Positions 32,432 to 41,791 of a DNA stretch of 64,000 bases are shown piece by piece. Below the pieces are notes generated by a model that was not told the origin of the DNA, made no database searches, and saw nothing but the letters and a program-made list of their open reading frames with translations. Origin of the DNA: Alphaproteobacteria bacterium (GTDB lineage: Bacteria; Pseudomonadota; Alphaproteobacteria; UBA2136); NCBI GenBank assembly GCA_047635695.1, contig JBLILN010000001.1:46559-110558 (forward strand), written 5' to 3'. Numbering within the stretch: position 1 is the stretch's first letter; every line of letters begins with the position of its first letter. Both the position numbers and the translations under genes were made by a program.

Positions 32432-32452
32432 GTCACTATGAAAAATAGTGAC
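32432..32452. promoter_or_regulatory. perfect 8-bp inverted repeat GTCACTAT-N5-ATAGTGAC upstream of P4
   Basis: It lies 15-35 nt upstream of the P4 SD. It is an operator-like palindrome or a 5' UTR hairpin. Confidence 0.35.
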
Positions 32453-32641
32453 GTATAAAAAGAATATGTGTGTATGTTGTGTACAATATGGCATTTATAC
32501 TGCTTTTTCAAGTGTTTTATGTAAGCTTTTTAGTAAAATTGCTTGCATATACTTTTTTTTATGTTACTTTCGCTTTACCTGCATGCGTCGGAATGTATGT
32601 TGGCTTGTGATTAATCTCTCTTATATTGAGGAAAATGGAAA

Positions 32642-32857
32642 ATGAAAACAGGTATCCACCCAGACTACCACACTCTTAACATTGTTATGACTGATGGCAC
32701 AAAATTTACAACACGCTCAACATACGGTAAAGATGGTGACGAAATGCGTCTACAAGTAGACCCATTGACACACCCAGCTTACACAGGTAAACGCCGTGAG
32801 CTAGATACTGAAGGTCGCGTAGATAAATTCCGTAACCGTTATGGTATGAAAAAATAA
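32642..32857 (+). CDS. rpmE: 50S ribosomal protein L31
   Basis: [30 protein letters not shown]... is a canonical L31. Confidence 0.9.
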   Translation: MKTGIHPDYHTLNIVMTDGTKFTTRSTYGKDGDEMRLQVDPLTHPAYTGKRRELDTEGRVDKFRNRYGMKK

Positions 32858-32872
32858 GTCTTTCTTATTTAA

Positions 32873-32898
32873 AAGAGCCCTTCGGGGCTCTTTTTTTA
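32873..32898 (+). terminator. rho-independent terminator after rpmE
   Basis: agagccc-ttcg-gggctct followed by T7. Confidence 0.75.
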
Positions 32899-32933
32899 TG
32901 GATACTATTGAATGGTTACCTATCTGCTACCCA

Positions 32934-32965
32934 CAAAAAAAACCGCCAGAAGGCGGTTTTTTAAT
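32934..32965. terminator. bidirectional rho-independent terminator (cheW end)
   Basis: A8-ccgcc-agaa-ggcgg-T6. Confidence 0.7.
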
Positions 32966-32974
32966 AGGATTTTT

Positions 32975-33559
32975 TTAGTGCTCTAGGGATGACAAATTTT
33001 CCATTTCATCATTGCTAAATACTTTAAGCAGATCAACCAGAATAATCATCTTCTCGTCGTAATGTGCAATACCTTGAATATATTCAGCGCCAATACCACT
33101 TGAAACAATTTGCGGTGCTGCATTGACAGTTTCTTCAGGAATACGTAGAACTTCGTTCACGCCATCCACAATTAAACCGATCAGGTTGTTGTTAATTTCA
33201 ACAACAACAATGCGCGTGTCGTCATTTGCTTCAGAACTTTCGAGGTTAAAGCGCTTGCGTAAGTCAATAACGGGTAAAATTTGACCGCGTAAGTTAATAA
33301 CACCTTCAACAAAGCTAGGTGAGTGCGGCACAGGTGTCACTTCAACCATACGGATAATTTCGCGTACATCTAAAATAGGTAGGCCAAATTCTTCGCCGAC
33401 AAGGTTGAAAGTTACAAGCTGTAAAAGAACGTCGCTAGATCTGGCGCTTCGGTCAGAATGGTTATGTGTTGAGAGCTCATTTTTGTTTTTTTGTTCTACA
33501 ATTGCGTTCATAGATGTGCTGCTTTCCTTAAAATTGCTTATTTTACTTTTTTTATGCAT
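32975..33559 (-). CDS. cheW: chemotaxis coupling protein CheW
   Basis: LQLVTFNLVGEEFGLPILDVREIIRMVEVTPVPHSPSFVEGVINLRGQILPVIDL is a CheW domain. The N-terminal extension makes the start uncertain (ATG 33559 or the internal ATG about 45 nt downstream). Confidence 0.8.
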   Translation of the reverse strand: MHKKSKISNFKESSTSMNAIVEQKNKNELSTHNHSDRSARSSDVLLQLVTFNLVGEEFGLPILDVREIIRMVEVTPVPHSPSFVEGVINLRGQILPVIDLRKRFNLESSEANDDTRIVVVEINNNLIGLIVDGVNEVLRIPEETVNAAPQIVSSGIGAEYIQGIAHYDEKMIILVDLLKVFSNDEMENLSSLEH

Positions 33560-33734
33560 AGAAAAATATATCTTCTCATAAATATATGGTGATCGGAAAG
33601 GTAAATTTCAATGTCACGGTCTAAATATTATCAGATTTCTTTATTCATTATATGAAGTATGCCATAATATTATTGAATTTACGGCTAAGAAATTCAAAAA
33701 AATAAAATTTTTATAAATTAAACAGGCTGTTTTT

Positions 33735-35081
33735 ATGTCAGATGTATTTCAAGATCTATCTAAGCAAATTTTAACACTTAACAAAGTGAAGTTTTTTGGC
33801 TCTGTTGTGAGTGCAAGTGGGCTTTTGTTAACATGTGAAGGCGTTGAAAAAACAACAATTGGTAGCCGCTGTTCAGTGGAAGATGTTTCGGGTGAGAAAT
33901 GCGCCGCTGAAGTTGTGGGCTACAAAGATGGCCAAGTGCTTATTATGCCTTACGGATCCATGGAAGGTTTTGGCCCTGGTTGTCGCGTCTATGTTGAAAA
34001 TATGAAGTTGAGTGTTTTCATTAACGACAGCTTTAAAGGACGTGTGATTAACGCATTGGGCGAACCTATTGATGGTAAAGGCCCATTAAGATCAGGTGGT
34101 GTAGAATGTGCCTTGAAGCGTAAGCCACCATCACCGGGCATGCGTAAAGCTGTCGGTAAAAAGCTTGATGTGGGCGTACGCGCACTCAACACATTCGTAC
34201 CAATCTGTGAAGGGCAGCGTCTTGGTGTTTTTTCAGGTTCTGGTGTTGGTAAGTCGGTTCTTATGTCGATGATGGCTAAATTTTGTGAGGCTGAAATTAA
34301 CGTTATTGGTCTTGTTGGCGAACGTGGTCGTGAGGTTAAAGAATTTATTGAAAAAAACTTAGGCAAGGACGGCTTAAAAAATTCCGTTGTCATTGTCGCT
34401 TCGGGTGACGAAGCGCCACTAATGCGCCGCCAAGCAGCTTATATGACCATGGCTGTAGCAGAGTATTTCCGTGATGAAGGCAAAAAAGTGATGTTGTTTA
34501 TGGACAGCGTGACAAGGTTTGCCTTCGCACAGCGTGAAGTAGGTTTAAGTGCTGGAGAACCGCCAACAACACGTGGTTTTACACCTTCTGTTTTTTCAGA
34601 ATTACCAAGGCTTTTAGAACGTGCAGGGCAGGGCGAGGAAGGTTGCGAAGGCTCTATTACAGCTATTTTCACTGTCCTTGTAGAAGGTGGTGATATGGAC
34701 GAACCTGTGGCAGATGCTGTGCGTGGTATTGTTGATGGTCATATTTTACTTGATAGATCTTTGGCCGAACGTGGCCACTTTCCCGCTATCCAAGTTTTGA
34801 AATCGGTTAGCCGAATGCTACCAGATTGCCATAACGCAGGAGAGCTTAAATTAATGCAGCGTGCACGCGATTTACTGGCAACTTATAACGATATGGAAGA
34901 GCTAATTCGCTTAGGCGCTTATGCAAAAGGCAGCGATATTAAAGTGGATGAGGCTATTTTTTATTATGATAAAATTGAAGCTTTTTTGAAGCAACTTCAT
35001 AATGAAAAAATGGATGTGGATACTGGGTTTGCTTTGTTGGCAAATGTTTTGAAAGACACTATTGTTAATGAAAATTCATAG
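33735..35081 (+). CDS. fliI: flagellum-specific ATP synthase FliI
   Basis: 448 aa with GSGVGKS Walker A, an F1-like fold and a C-terminal domain typical of FliI. Confidence 0.9.
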   Translation: MSDVFQDLSKQILTLNKVKFFGSVVSASGLLLTCEGVEKTTIGSRCSVEDVSGEKCAAEVVGYKDGQVLIMPYGSMEGFGPGCRVYVENMKLSVFINDSFKGRVINALGEPIDGKGPLRSGGVECALKRKPPSPGMRKAVGKKLDVGVRALNTFVPICEGQRLGVFSGSGVGKSVLMSMMAKFCEAEINVIGLVGERGREVKEFIEKNLGKDGLKNSVVIVASGDEAPLMRRQAAYMTMAVAEYFRDEGKKVMLFMDSVTRFAFAQREVGLSAGEPPTTRGFTPSVFSELPRLLERAGQGEEGCEGSITAIFTVLVEGGDMDEPVADAVRGIVDGHILLDRSLAERGHFPAIQVLKSVSRMLPDCHNAGELKLMQRARDLLATYNDMEELIRLGAYAKGSDIKVDEAIFYYDKIEAFLKQLHNEKMDVDTGFALLANVLKDTIVNENS

Positions 35082-35090
35082 GCTTGCATT

Positions 35091-35510
35091 ATGAAAACAC
35101 TTGAAACACTTTTAAAAATAGCGAGCAAAAAAGTTGAAGAAAGCCATGAGGATATTGGTAAGCTTCTACATGTTATGCAGAATATGGACAAGCGTCAGGC
35201 GGACCTAAATTCCGGTATAGAGAGTGAATATGAAGTTGCCACTATGGGGAATGACTCAGCCCTATTGAGCTTTGCTGGCGCTTTTTCATTGAAGTCAAAC
35301 GATGAGATTCTCGATATAAAACAAGCGAGAATTGACGCACAAAAATTAATGGCCAAAAAACGTGAGCTATTACGCCAGAGGTTTGCCGAGCAAAAAAGAT
35401 ATGAAATTTTACTTGATCGTAAACGTGTCGAGCTTAAAAAAGAGCGTCAAAAAAAGCAGCAGGCTGAACTCGATGACTTAAGTATAATGCGCCAACAAAC
35501 TAAAGGCTAA
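35091..35510 (+). CDS. fliJ: flagellar export protein FliJ (putative)
   Basis: 139 aa, an all-helical coiled-coil immediately after fliI. Confidence 0.6.
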   Translation: MKTLETLLKIASKKVEESHEDIGKLLHVMQNMDKRQADLNSGIESEYEVATMGNDSALLSFAGAFSLKSNDEILDIKQARIDAQKLMAKKRELLRQRFAEQKRYEILLDRKRVELKKERQKKQQAELDDLSIMRQQTKG

Positions 35511-35511
35511 C

Positions 35512-35883
35512 CTAGGCTTTAAGTAAGGCCACTAATTCTTCTGGTATGGCATAATTTGGCTGTTTTTTGATAGTCTGTACACGCTGTACAAGCCCTGTTT
35601 TGTGATGGATACGGATATCCATGGCAATATAATAAGGTAGCACTTCATTATAAAATATACTTAACATCTGGCTTGAAACAATTTCAGGAGTACTTTTTTC
35701 ATGCCCTGTTTGTGATTTTTTAAACCAGTCTACAAATGTTTTTTCGGTGATAATTTCTCGGTCGGGAATATACTGAATCAGTACACTCGCATCGTCAAAA
35801 TTTAAAAACCCAAGTTGTTTAAAACTTAATACAACACTTTCACCACGTAAGGGGTTTGAAATTTGCTTATTCTTAAGCGGCAT
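35512..35883 (-). CDS. hypothetical protein downstream of cheR
   Basis: 123 aa with an ATG start. No family recognised. Confidence 0.4.
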   Translation of the reverse strand: MPLKNKQISNPLRGESVVLSFKQLGFLNFDDASVLIQYIPDREIITEKTFVDWFKKSQTGHEKSTPEIVSSQMLSIFYNEVLPYYIAMDIRIHHKTGLVQRVQTIKKQPNYAIPEELVALLKA

Positions 35884-35901
35884 TTTATCTCTGCTTTCTC
35901 A

Positions 35902-36831
35902 TTACAAGCGTGACTTCTCTGTACCTGGAGGAGCTTTGGCGTAAGCGTGTGCTTGGCTATGTTCTTTGAGTGATTTAAATATATGTCTTTGGCTGTAAAG
36001 GTTTTCACTGTGCCCCGCAATTAAAAACCCATCTTCAACGATAGAATTGTAAATGTTTCTTAAGGCGACTTCTTTTGACGCATCGTCGAAATAAATGAGA
36101 ACATTACGGCAAAACGCAAAGTCAAACTTGCCAATCATGCGAATACGGTCTGCATCCATCAGGTTACATTCCTGGAATTTAACCATATTACGTATATCTT
36201 GTTTAAGTGTATGTGTGTGACCATCAGTTGACGTTGTAAAGTTTTGCGCAAGCATATTGGTAGGAATGTTACGGATACCATACTTTCTATATTCAGCTTT
36301 TTTTGCTTTTTCAATTGCATCGCGGCAAATATCGGTCCCGATAATTTTAAATTGCATGCCACGTGCTTCAGCAAGGTTTAAAATTTGCAATGCCATTGTG
36401 TAAGCTTCGTCACCAGTAGATGAAGCACAGCTCCACAGTCTTATTTTGTTTTTACCCTCAGCCTTACGTTTACGAATAAGGGGGATAAGAAACTCTTTTT
36501 CGAATATTTCAAGCTGCGGCTGATTTCTAAAAAAGAAGGTTTCGTTAATTGTAATTTCGTCCATCAATTTATGATTTTCAGTTTGCTTGGCAGAAGCTGT
36601 ATTTAAGAAGTTAAAATATTCGTCAAAGCCCTTTAGGCCTAGATCTTCATAACGTTTTTGCAATTTTGAAGATAAAAAGTAATTTTTTGATATTTGAAAG
36701 CGAATGCCACAAATTGTGTAAATAAATTTACTGAATTTTTCAAACTCATGGTCAGAAAGTGTCTTTTTTTCTGAACCCGCGACTTTGCTTATTTCCTGTC
36801 TTCTTTGTCTGGCTGCTTCGAGTAAACTCAA
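35902..36831 (-). CDS. cheR: chemotaxis protein methyltransferase CheR
   Basis: Has the N-terminal CheR helical domain and a SAM-MTase domain (RLWSCASSTGDEAYTMAL, FCRNVLIYFD). TTG start. Confidence 0.85.
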   Translation of the reverse strand: MSLLEAARQRRQEISKVAGSEKKTLSDHEFEKFSKFIYTICGIRFQISKNYFLSSKLQKRYEDLGLKGFDEYFNFLNTASAKQTENHKLMDEITINETFFFRNQPQLEIFEKEFLIPLIRKRKAEGKNKIRLWSCASSTGDEAYTMALQILNLAEARGMQFKIIGTDICRDAIEKAKKAEYRKYGIRNIPTNMLAQNFTTSTDGHTHTLKQDIRNMVKFQECNLMDADRIRMIGKFDFAFCRNVLIYFDDASKEVALRNIYNSIVEDGFLIAGHSENLYSQRHIFKSLKEHSQAHAYAKAPPGTEKSRL

Positions 36832-36938
36832 GTGTGAAAATCTCTTTTTTTATTATTTCATTGCAGTGATTGATGTAATTTCCTGCTGTATATATTTTGG
36901 GGGCATTGCTTGCTAAAAACAAGTACAAAATTAATATT

Positions 36939-39053
36939 TTATATTGTTACCTTGTATTGGTGTGCTTTATTTACGATCAAAGATAACGGTTTTTCTGCAT
37001 GCGCCTGTTCTTTTTTAATGTGAATATCACCCGTCATATCTAGCTTTTCTAAGGTTTGTCTAACAACTGATTTTATACCCTGTACATGTTCTTCTTCTAA
37101 AGGTGTACCTGTGCTTAGTTTAAGCTGAATATCACTTTTTTGTACAAGGCCATCAATTTGAATGGCACCCATGGCTGTTAACTCTAGGTGGACAATAAAC
37201 CGTGTGTTCTCAGCATGACCATCCTCATCTTCTTGATTGTGCCAGAAAAAACCACCTTGCCTGGGGTCAGCGTCCTCGCCTTCTAAATAAGGGAAAAGTA
37301 GGGCACGCCAACTTTCTGGTTGTTCGCTATTTTTTTGTGTGGTGGCTTGTAAATTTTTTATATCTGCTGAAAAATCGATTCCCAGTGCCTTAAGTAAGTT
37401 TAATGTTTCTTCGCCTGCAAGGCGCTTCATGGACTTTGTGTTGACGGCATCAATAAAGCTTATCAAATTCGGTAAAAAAGTTTCTTTTTCTAAATTAGGT
37501 AAGTTGTTTTTCAATTGCTGTCCATCGCTGGGGCTTGCATATTTGAGAGCATTTAAACTTTTAAGGAGTGTGCTCCACTTGTTGGCCATATGGGTGAGTG
37601 TTATGGCCTGTGAAACGGTTTGCGGTATTTGTGTCTGAATAATTTCTGGCACGCCGTCTTCTGCAATCATGACCGTTACTTTGGCACCAATAGGTATGGC
37701 TGTTTTTGCCTTCACGTCGATGATTTTACCGTCTGCGAATGATAAAGTTATTTTACCATCGCCTTTTTGTTCTGTCACAGTGCCACTATGTTGGCTACCA
37801 GGTTTAAATGGAAGTTGGCTTTGTTGCTGATGATGTTCTTGTTGCCCTTTGGGCTGTATAAATGTTTGTGCGGAATGCCTAGAGCCTGTGGCTGTTTCGT
37901 TGTTTACTTTAATAACCTGCACGCCACCTGTTTTGTCTATTTTAATAGTCATTTCAGAACCTTCTGCTATATTTGTTTGGCTTGTTAGGGAGAGTTTTAT
38001 ACCACCTGACGTCACGGCTTTATGCGTAAATTGTGCTAAAGCCGTTGTTTTAACCTCACCAAGCGTCAATGTTTTTGTTTCAATTAAGTCGGGCTGTTTG
38101 ACTGCACCTGATATTGTTTTTATGGTGAGCTCAGCACCTATGGGTAGGTTTTTTTCAAAGCCTGTGATTTTTGTGCTTAAAATGATGGACTGCGCTTGCG
38201 TGCTTGAAACTTGAGGTAAGACGACTTCTTTGGTGGCAAGTACCGCGACATTTTTTGGTGGCGTGATATCTAGTATTTCACCTTTGCCTGATACGATGTT
38301 CATTTTAATAACGGTACCAGTTGGCACGACCGTTGGAAATTTGGCCTGAAAAGGCGGTATGTTTTTGAGGGCACCGTCAGAAGCCGTTATCGTTAACAGA
38401 GCGTTGTTTTGTGGTTGCAGTGTTTGCAACCCATTATCGGGTTTAGATACCACAACAGTGACAACACCGTTTGCATTTGCGAGTACTTGCCCTTTAGGTA
38501 AAGTGAGGGCAACTTTTTGTCCTATAAGTGGACGTAGCTGTTTGAAGGGATCATCTTTATGGACTTCTGCAACGTTTGTTGCGCTGGATTTTAACAATGC
38601 GTCCGTGAGTTGAGGTTTATTTTCTGCAAGAAGGGTAAGTTTGCTATTGGGTGCTGTATTTTTACCTTGTGTGAGTAAATCACCGAGCTGTTTGCCGCCC
38701 GCTTGCTTTTGTTGGTTAGACCCCATGTCTTGTTGTTTTTTATCACTCGTTTCTTTGCTGAAATTATCAACAACCATGGCGGTTATTTTGTTCTCACCGC
38801 TTTTCATAGAGATGAATGAAATAGGGCTACCAATTTTAGGTGCAGGCGTTATTTTCGCTTGAAGGGTTTGACCGTCTTTCAGCTGAAGTTTGTAATGCCC
38901 GTTCGAGTATTTTTCAATCACTTTCGAATTGACTGTTTTACTCTGTAAAGATTTAGGAATGGGTTTGCTGAATTCAATTTTAGCATCGGCTGGTACTTTG
39001 CCACTTGAAGAACGTGGTACATGTGGTGCTAAGTCGTTATCAATATGAACCAT
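36939..39053 (-). CDS. flagellar hook-length control protein FliK-like
   Basis: 704 aa. The Q/K-rich central region has repeated Gx(V/I)x beta-segments. The C-terminal segment RFIVHLELTAMGAIQIDGLVQKSDIQLKL...VRQTLEKL fits the FliK C-terminal (Flg_hook) pattern. Confidence 0.6.
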   Translation of the reverse strand: MVHIDNDLAPHVPRSSSGKVPADAKIEFSKPIPKSLQSKTVNSKVIEKYSNGHYKLQLKDGQTLQAKITPAPKIGSPISFISMKSGENKITAMVVDNFSKETSDKKQQDMGSNQQKQAGGKQLGDLLTQGKNTAPNSKLTLLAENKPQLTDALLKSSATNVAEVHKDDPFKQLRPLIGQKVALTLPKGQVLANANGVVTVVVSKPDNGLQTLQPQNNALLTITASDGALKNIPPFQAKFPTVVPTGTVIKMNIVSGKGEILDITPPKNVAVLATKEVVLPQVSSTQAQSIILSTKITGFEKNLPIGAELTIKTISGAVKQPDLIETKTLTLGEVKTTALAQFTHKAVTSGGIKLSLTSQTNIAEGSEMTIKIDKTGGVQVIKVNNETATGSRHSAQTFIQPKGQQEHHQQQSQLPFKPGSQHSGTVTEQKGDGKITLSFADGKIIDVKAKTAIPIGAKVTVMIAEDGVPEIIQTQIPQTVSQAITLTHMANKWSTLLKSLNALKYASPSDGQQLKNNLPNLEKETFLPNLISFIDAVNTKSMKRLAGEETLNLLKALGIDFSADIKNLQATTQKNSEQPESWRALLFPYLEGEDADPRQGGFFWHNQEDEDGHAENTRFIVHLELTAMGAIQIDGLVQKSDIQLKLSTGTPLEEEHVQGIKSVVRQTLEKLDMTGDIHIKKEQAHAEKPLSLIVNKAHQYKVTI

Positions 39054-39098
39054 ATATACCTAAACCTTTTATCTGTTGCTTATATTCTTATGTTATAT

Positions 39099-39115
39099 GG
39101 CAAAAAGAGTGCCAA
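39099..39115 (-). promoter_or_regulatory. sigma-54 (-24/-12) promoter upstream of fliK-like gene
   Basis: Minus strand tTGGCACtctttTTGCCat, about 49 nt upstream of ATG 39053. Confidence 0.5.
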
Positions 39116-39185
39116 GCAAACGCTAGACACTCAATTTAACATGCATAAAAATAGGATAAAAGCGAATTATGGAAAACGCCTTTGC

Positions 39186-39977
39186 TTAACCTATGCGCCT
39201 ATCATCCACTTCACGGTGTCCATATTCTTCTATAAGTTTGAGGGCAATTTTTTCAATAGCCACTGCCGAGTCACTGTTTGGAAAGGCAATACTTGTCAGT
39301 TGCTGCATTTTAACAGCTGTGCTGTACTGTCTGTCGTAAGGTATAATGCCGACAAGTGGTAAGTTGATTTTTAAAAACTTCTCAGCGGCCATACGCAGTT
39401 TAGCAAAGGTGTTTTTACCTTCAGGTAATGACCCTGCTTGGTTAATAATAACCTCACAGTTTTCTTTGTCATGTTTTGTCTTAAGTAGTTTTATAACGGC
39501 ATAAGCGTCTGTAATAGAGCTTGGGTCGGGCGTCACAACTAAAAATGATTTGTCGGCAAATTTTGTGAAGTTTAAAACTTCTTGGTCAATACCCGCGGCA
39601 ACATCCAAAAAGACATAGTCGTAGGCACCAGCAAGGTCGCGTAGTTTTTTAAGAATATCACGACGTTCGAGTGTTGTCATGAAGGGTTGTTTTTCAAAAC
39701 CACTGCGGCCAGGGATAATATAAAAACCTTTTTCACTTTTAGCGATAATATCTTCTAGGCTTGCAAACCCCTGAACGACATCGCTTAGGTCTTTCATGGT
39801 GTTAATGCCGAGTTGTACGTCAATGTTAGCAAGGCCAATATCCGCATCAAAAACTAAAACACGTTTGCCTTTTTGTGCTAATTGATAGCAAAGGTTTAGT
39901 GTAAAACTGGTTTTACCTGCACCACCCTTACCGCTGGCAATGGCAATAATTGGTGTGCGTCCGTTTGTATCTATCAT
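39186..39977 (-). CDS. flhG: flagellar number regulator FlhG/FleN (MinD-like ATPase)
   Basis: IIAIASGKGGAGKTSFTLNL deviant Walker A. The ATG at 39977 overlaps the flhF stop (ATGA) and has a GGAGAG SD. An upstream ATG at 39992 is also possible. Confidence 0.8.
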   Translation of the reverse strand: MIDTNGRTPIIAIASGKGGAGKTSFTLNLCYQLAQKGKRVLVFDADIGLANIDVQLGINTMKDLSDVVQGFASLEDIIAKSEKGFYIIPGRSGFEKQPFMTTLERRDILKKLRDLAGAYDYVFLDVAAGIDQEVLNFTKFADKSFLVVTPDPSSITDAYAVIKLLKTKHDKENCEVIINQAGSLPEGKNTFAKLRMAAEKFLKINLPLVGIIPYDRQYSTAVKMQQLTSIAFPNSDSAVAIEKIALKLIEEYGHREVDDRRIG

Positions 39978-41005
39978 ACTTCTCTCTCCCATGGTAAGCG
40001 CGGTTTGCGCATCAATTTTTCTGCAAGCATTGAGGCGTCAAGTTCAACAATGTCATCTGGCACGTTGGTGCCGTCGGTAACAAAACATACTTTAAGGCCA
40101 CTGGTAATAGCCACATTTGTGAGGCCACCAAGGTATGTTGTTTCGTCAAATTTTGTAAATAGTATGCTTTCTGGATGAAGCGGTGCCATGGCAGCTGGTA
40201 TAGCAGCCATTTCAAGTGGGTTAAGCGTTGCGGGTAACACCAAATGTACGGCTTTATTTGTAATATTAAGAGCTTCGATACGCTTTTTAAGATGGTTCAC
40301 CTGTTCGCTATTGAAGGCGTTAATGCCGGGGGTGTCAATAAATAGATAGTCCTTATTTGCTAGGGCGTCTTTGGCATTGTGCCAATCTTCTTCACCACGA
40401 ATAAGCAAGGCTTCTTCACTTAAGGCGTGTGCAAAAATAGCCATTTGTTCAAAGCCACCCATTTTTTGATTGTCCATAGTGGTGAGGGCAATACTATGAC
40501 GGTCAATTTTTTTAGCCGCAGCCAGTTTGCAAATGGTGGTGCTTTTACCTGCCCCTGTAGGGCCGATGAATATATGCGTTTTACCCTTGGCTAAAGTTTT
40601 GGCAGGGGCTTCGAATGGGATCATTTTTGCTAAAATAAGATCTAAAGTACCAAGGTCGTCAAAGCCGGCATCGCTTAATGCAATGACGGCATTGTCAATT
40701 TTCTTTGATATGTTGGGCAAAATACCGTGCTTATCGAGTAGTTTTTGTAAATCTGATGCATCACGGCCAATTTCAGGGAAGTTATCTGGTATTTTTTCAA
40801 AGACTTTTCTCGGGCGGGCTTCTTCAATGCGGCCGGCGTCAGCTTCTTTGGGCATATCTACTGCGGCGGTAACCTCTAGCAAGTCTTCACCATTAGGGCC
40901 TTCAATGCGGCGATTAGCAAGCATAACAGCGTCCTCGCCAAGTTCAGCGGTAATCATCGCCATGGCGTCAGACATTGTTTTTGCTGTAAATCTTTGCAGA
41001 TGCAT
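39974..41005 (-). CDS. flhF: flagellar biosynthesis GTPase FlhF (SRP-like)
   Basis: IFIGPTGAGKSTTICKLAA, DTPG and TKFDET motifs of SRP-family GTPases. Confidence 0.85.
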   Translation of the reverse strand: MHLQRFTAKTMSDAMAMITAELGEDAVMLANRRIEGPNGEDLLEVTAAVDMPKEADAGRIEEARPRKVFEKIPDNFPEIGRDASDLQKLLDKHGILPNISKKIDNAVIALSDAGFDDLGTLDLILAKMIPFEAPAKTLAKGKTHIFIGPTGAGKSTTICKLAAAKKIDRHSIALTTMDNQKMGGFEQMAIFAHALSEEALLIRGEEDWHNAKDALANKDYLFIDTPGINAFNSEQVNHLKKRIEALNITNKAVHLVLPATLNPLEMAAIPAAMAPLHPESILFTKFDETTYLGGLTNVAITSGLKVCFVTDGTNVPDDIVELDASMLAEKLMRKPRLPWEREV

Positions 41006-41219
41006 TAAAAATTCCCTGTAAAAATCATATTTTAATTAGATTTTATTCCCCTGCGTTCACTATACATAAAAACGCATAAAATTACCATCAATCGTGATAA
41101 TTTTACCCATAATTCTACATTTATGTTCTTTTTTTGCAATTTATTGACATAATGCCTTGAATTTTAATGTTTAAATAGCTATATAGTTAATTAATTATAC
41201 CGACCACGAGTAACGTTTT

Positions 41220-41624
41220 ATGAGCAATATTATTGCGAACCACCTCAAGAAGGTTTTTCACGGACTACCTGTGAAAAATATTGAAGCTTCAGTTCAGTTT
41301 GCATCTCGTAATCTTCAACAAGCGGCGACGCATGTGTTGAATTTTTATAGTGAGCAAAATGCCCAAAATTTTAAAAAATTAAAGGCCGATCAAATTTATT
41401 GGCAGAGTTTTTTAAGTGATTGGGTGGCTGATATTGAATTAAAATGTGCTGTTTTAAGTTTGATGAATAAGAAAAAGGCGCTTGTTCTTCAAGTTCATAT
41501 ACCATATTTAAAACAACTTGCTGCCAACCCTGATGCCATGCCTGAAAACAAAGCGGCACCAAAAAAGAAACCTAAAGGTGAAGCGCCTTTGGCTTTGAAG
41601 CAACCGCCACGTATGATGCATTAG
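41220..41624 (+). CDS. hypothetical protein divergent from flhF
   Basis: 134 aa with a Lys/Pro-rich C-terminal tail, followed by a terminator. Confidence 0.45.
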   Translation: MSNIIANHLKKVFHGLPVKNIEASVQFASRNLQQAATHVLNFYSEQNAQNFKKLKADQIYWQSFLSDWVADIELKCAVLSLMNKKKALVLQVHIPYLKQLAANPDAMPENKAAPKKKPKGEAPLALKQPPRMMH

Positions 41625-41638
41625 CCTTTTATCGAATT

Positions 41639-41670
41639 AAAAAGACCTCTCATGTGAGAGGTCTTTTTTT
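41639..41670. terminator. bidirectional rho-independent terminator
   Basis: aaaagacctctca-tg-tgagaggtc followed by T7. Confidence 0.7.
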
Positions 41671-41791
41671 GCCATAGCCGTAAAGGTTAAAAATAAAATA
41701 ATATTGTCTATGAGGTTAAGTCAGGCGAACCTGCCGTAAAGTGTCTAAAAAGAGGATGACCATGTTTATGGGATTAAAACGCCACGAGTGG

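Noticed and set aside
32405-32641. Searched for a sigma-28 (TAAA-N15-GCCGATAA) promoter in front of the P4-P3-P2 unit and elsewhere
   Set aside because: No match beyond a lone CCCGATAA at 24715 that lacks a -35 element.
35512-35883. Possible FlbT-like flagellin translation regulator downstream of cheR
   Set aside because: Only the first few residues (MPLK...) recall FlbT. There is no convincing motif match from memory, so it is left as hypothetical.
40527-41021. 164-aa plus-strand ORF
   Set aside because: It is antisense inside flhF.
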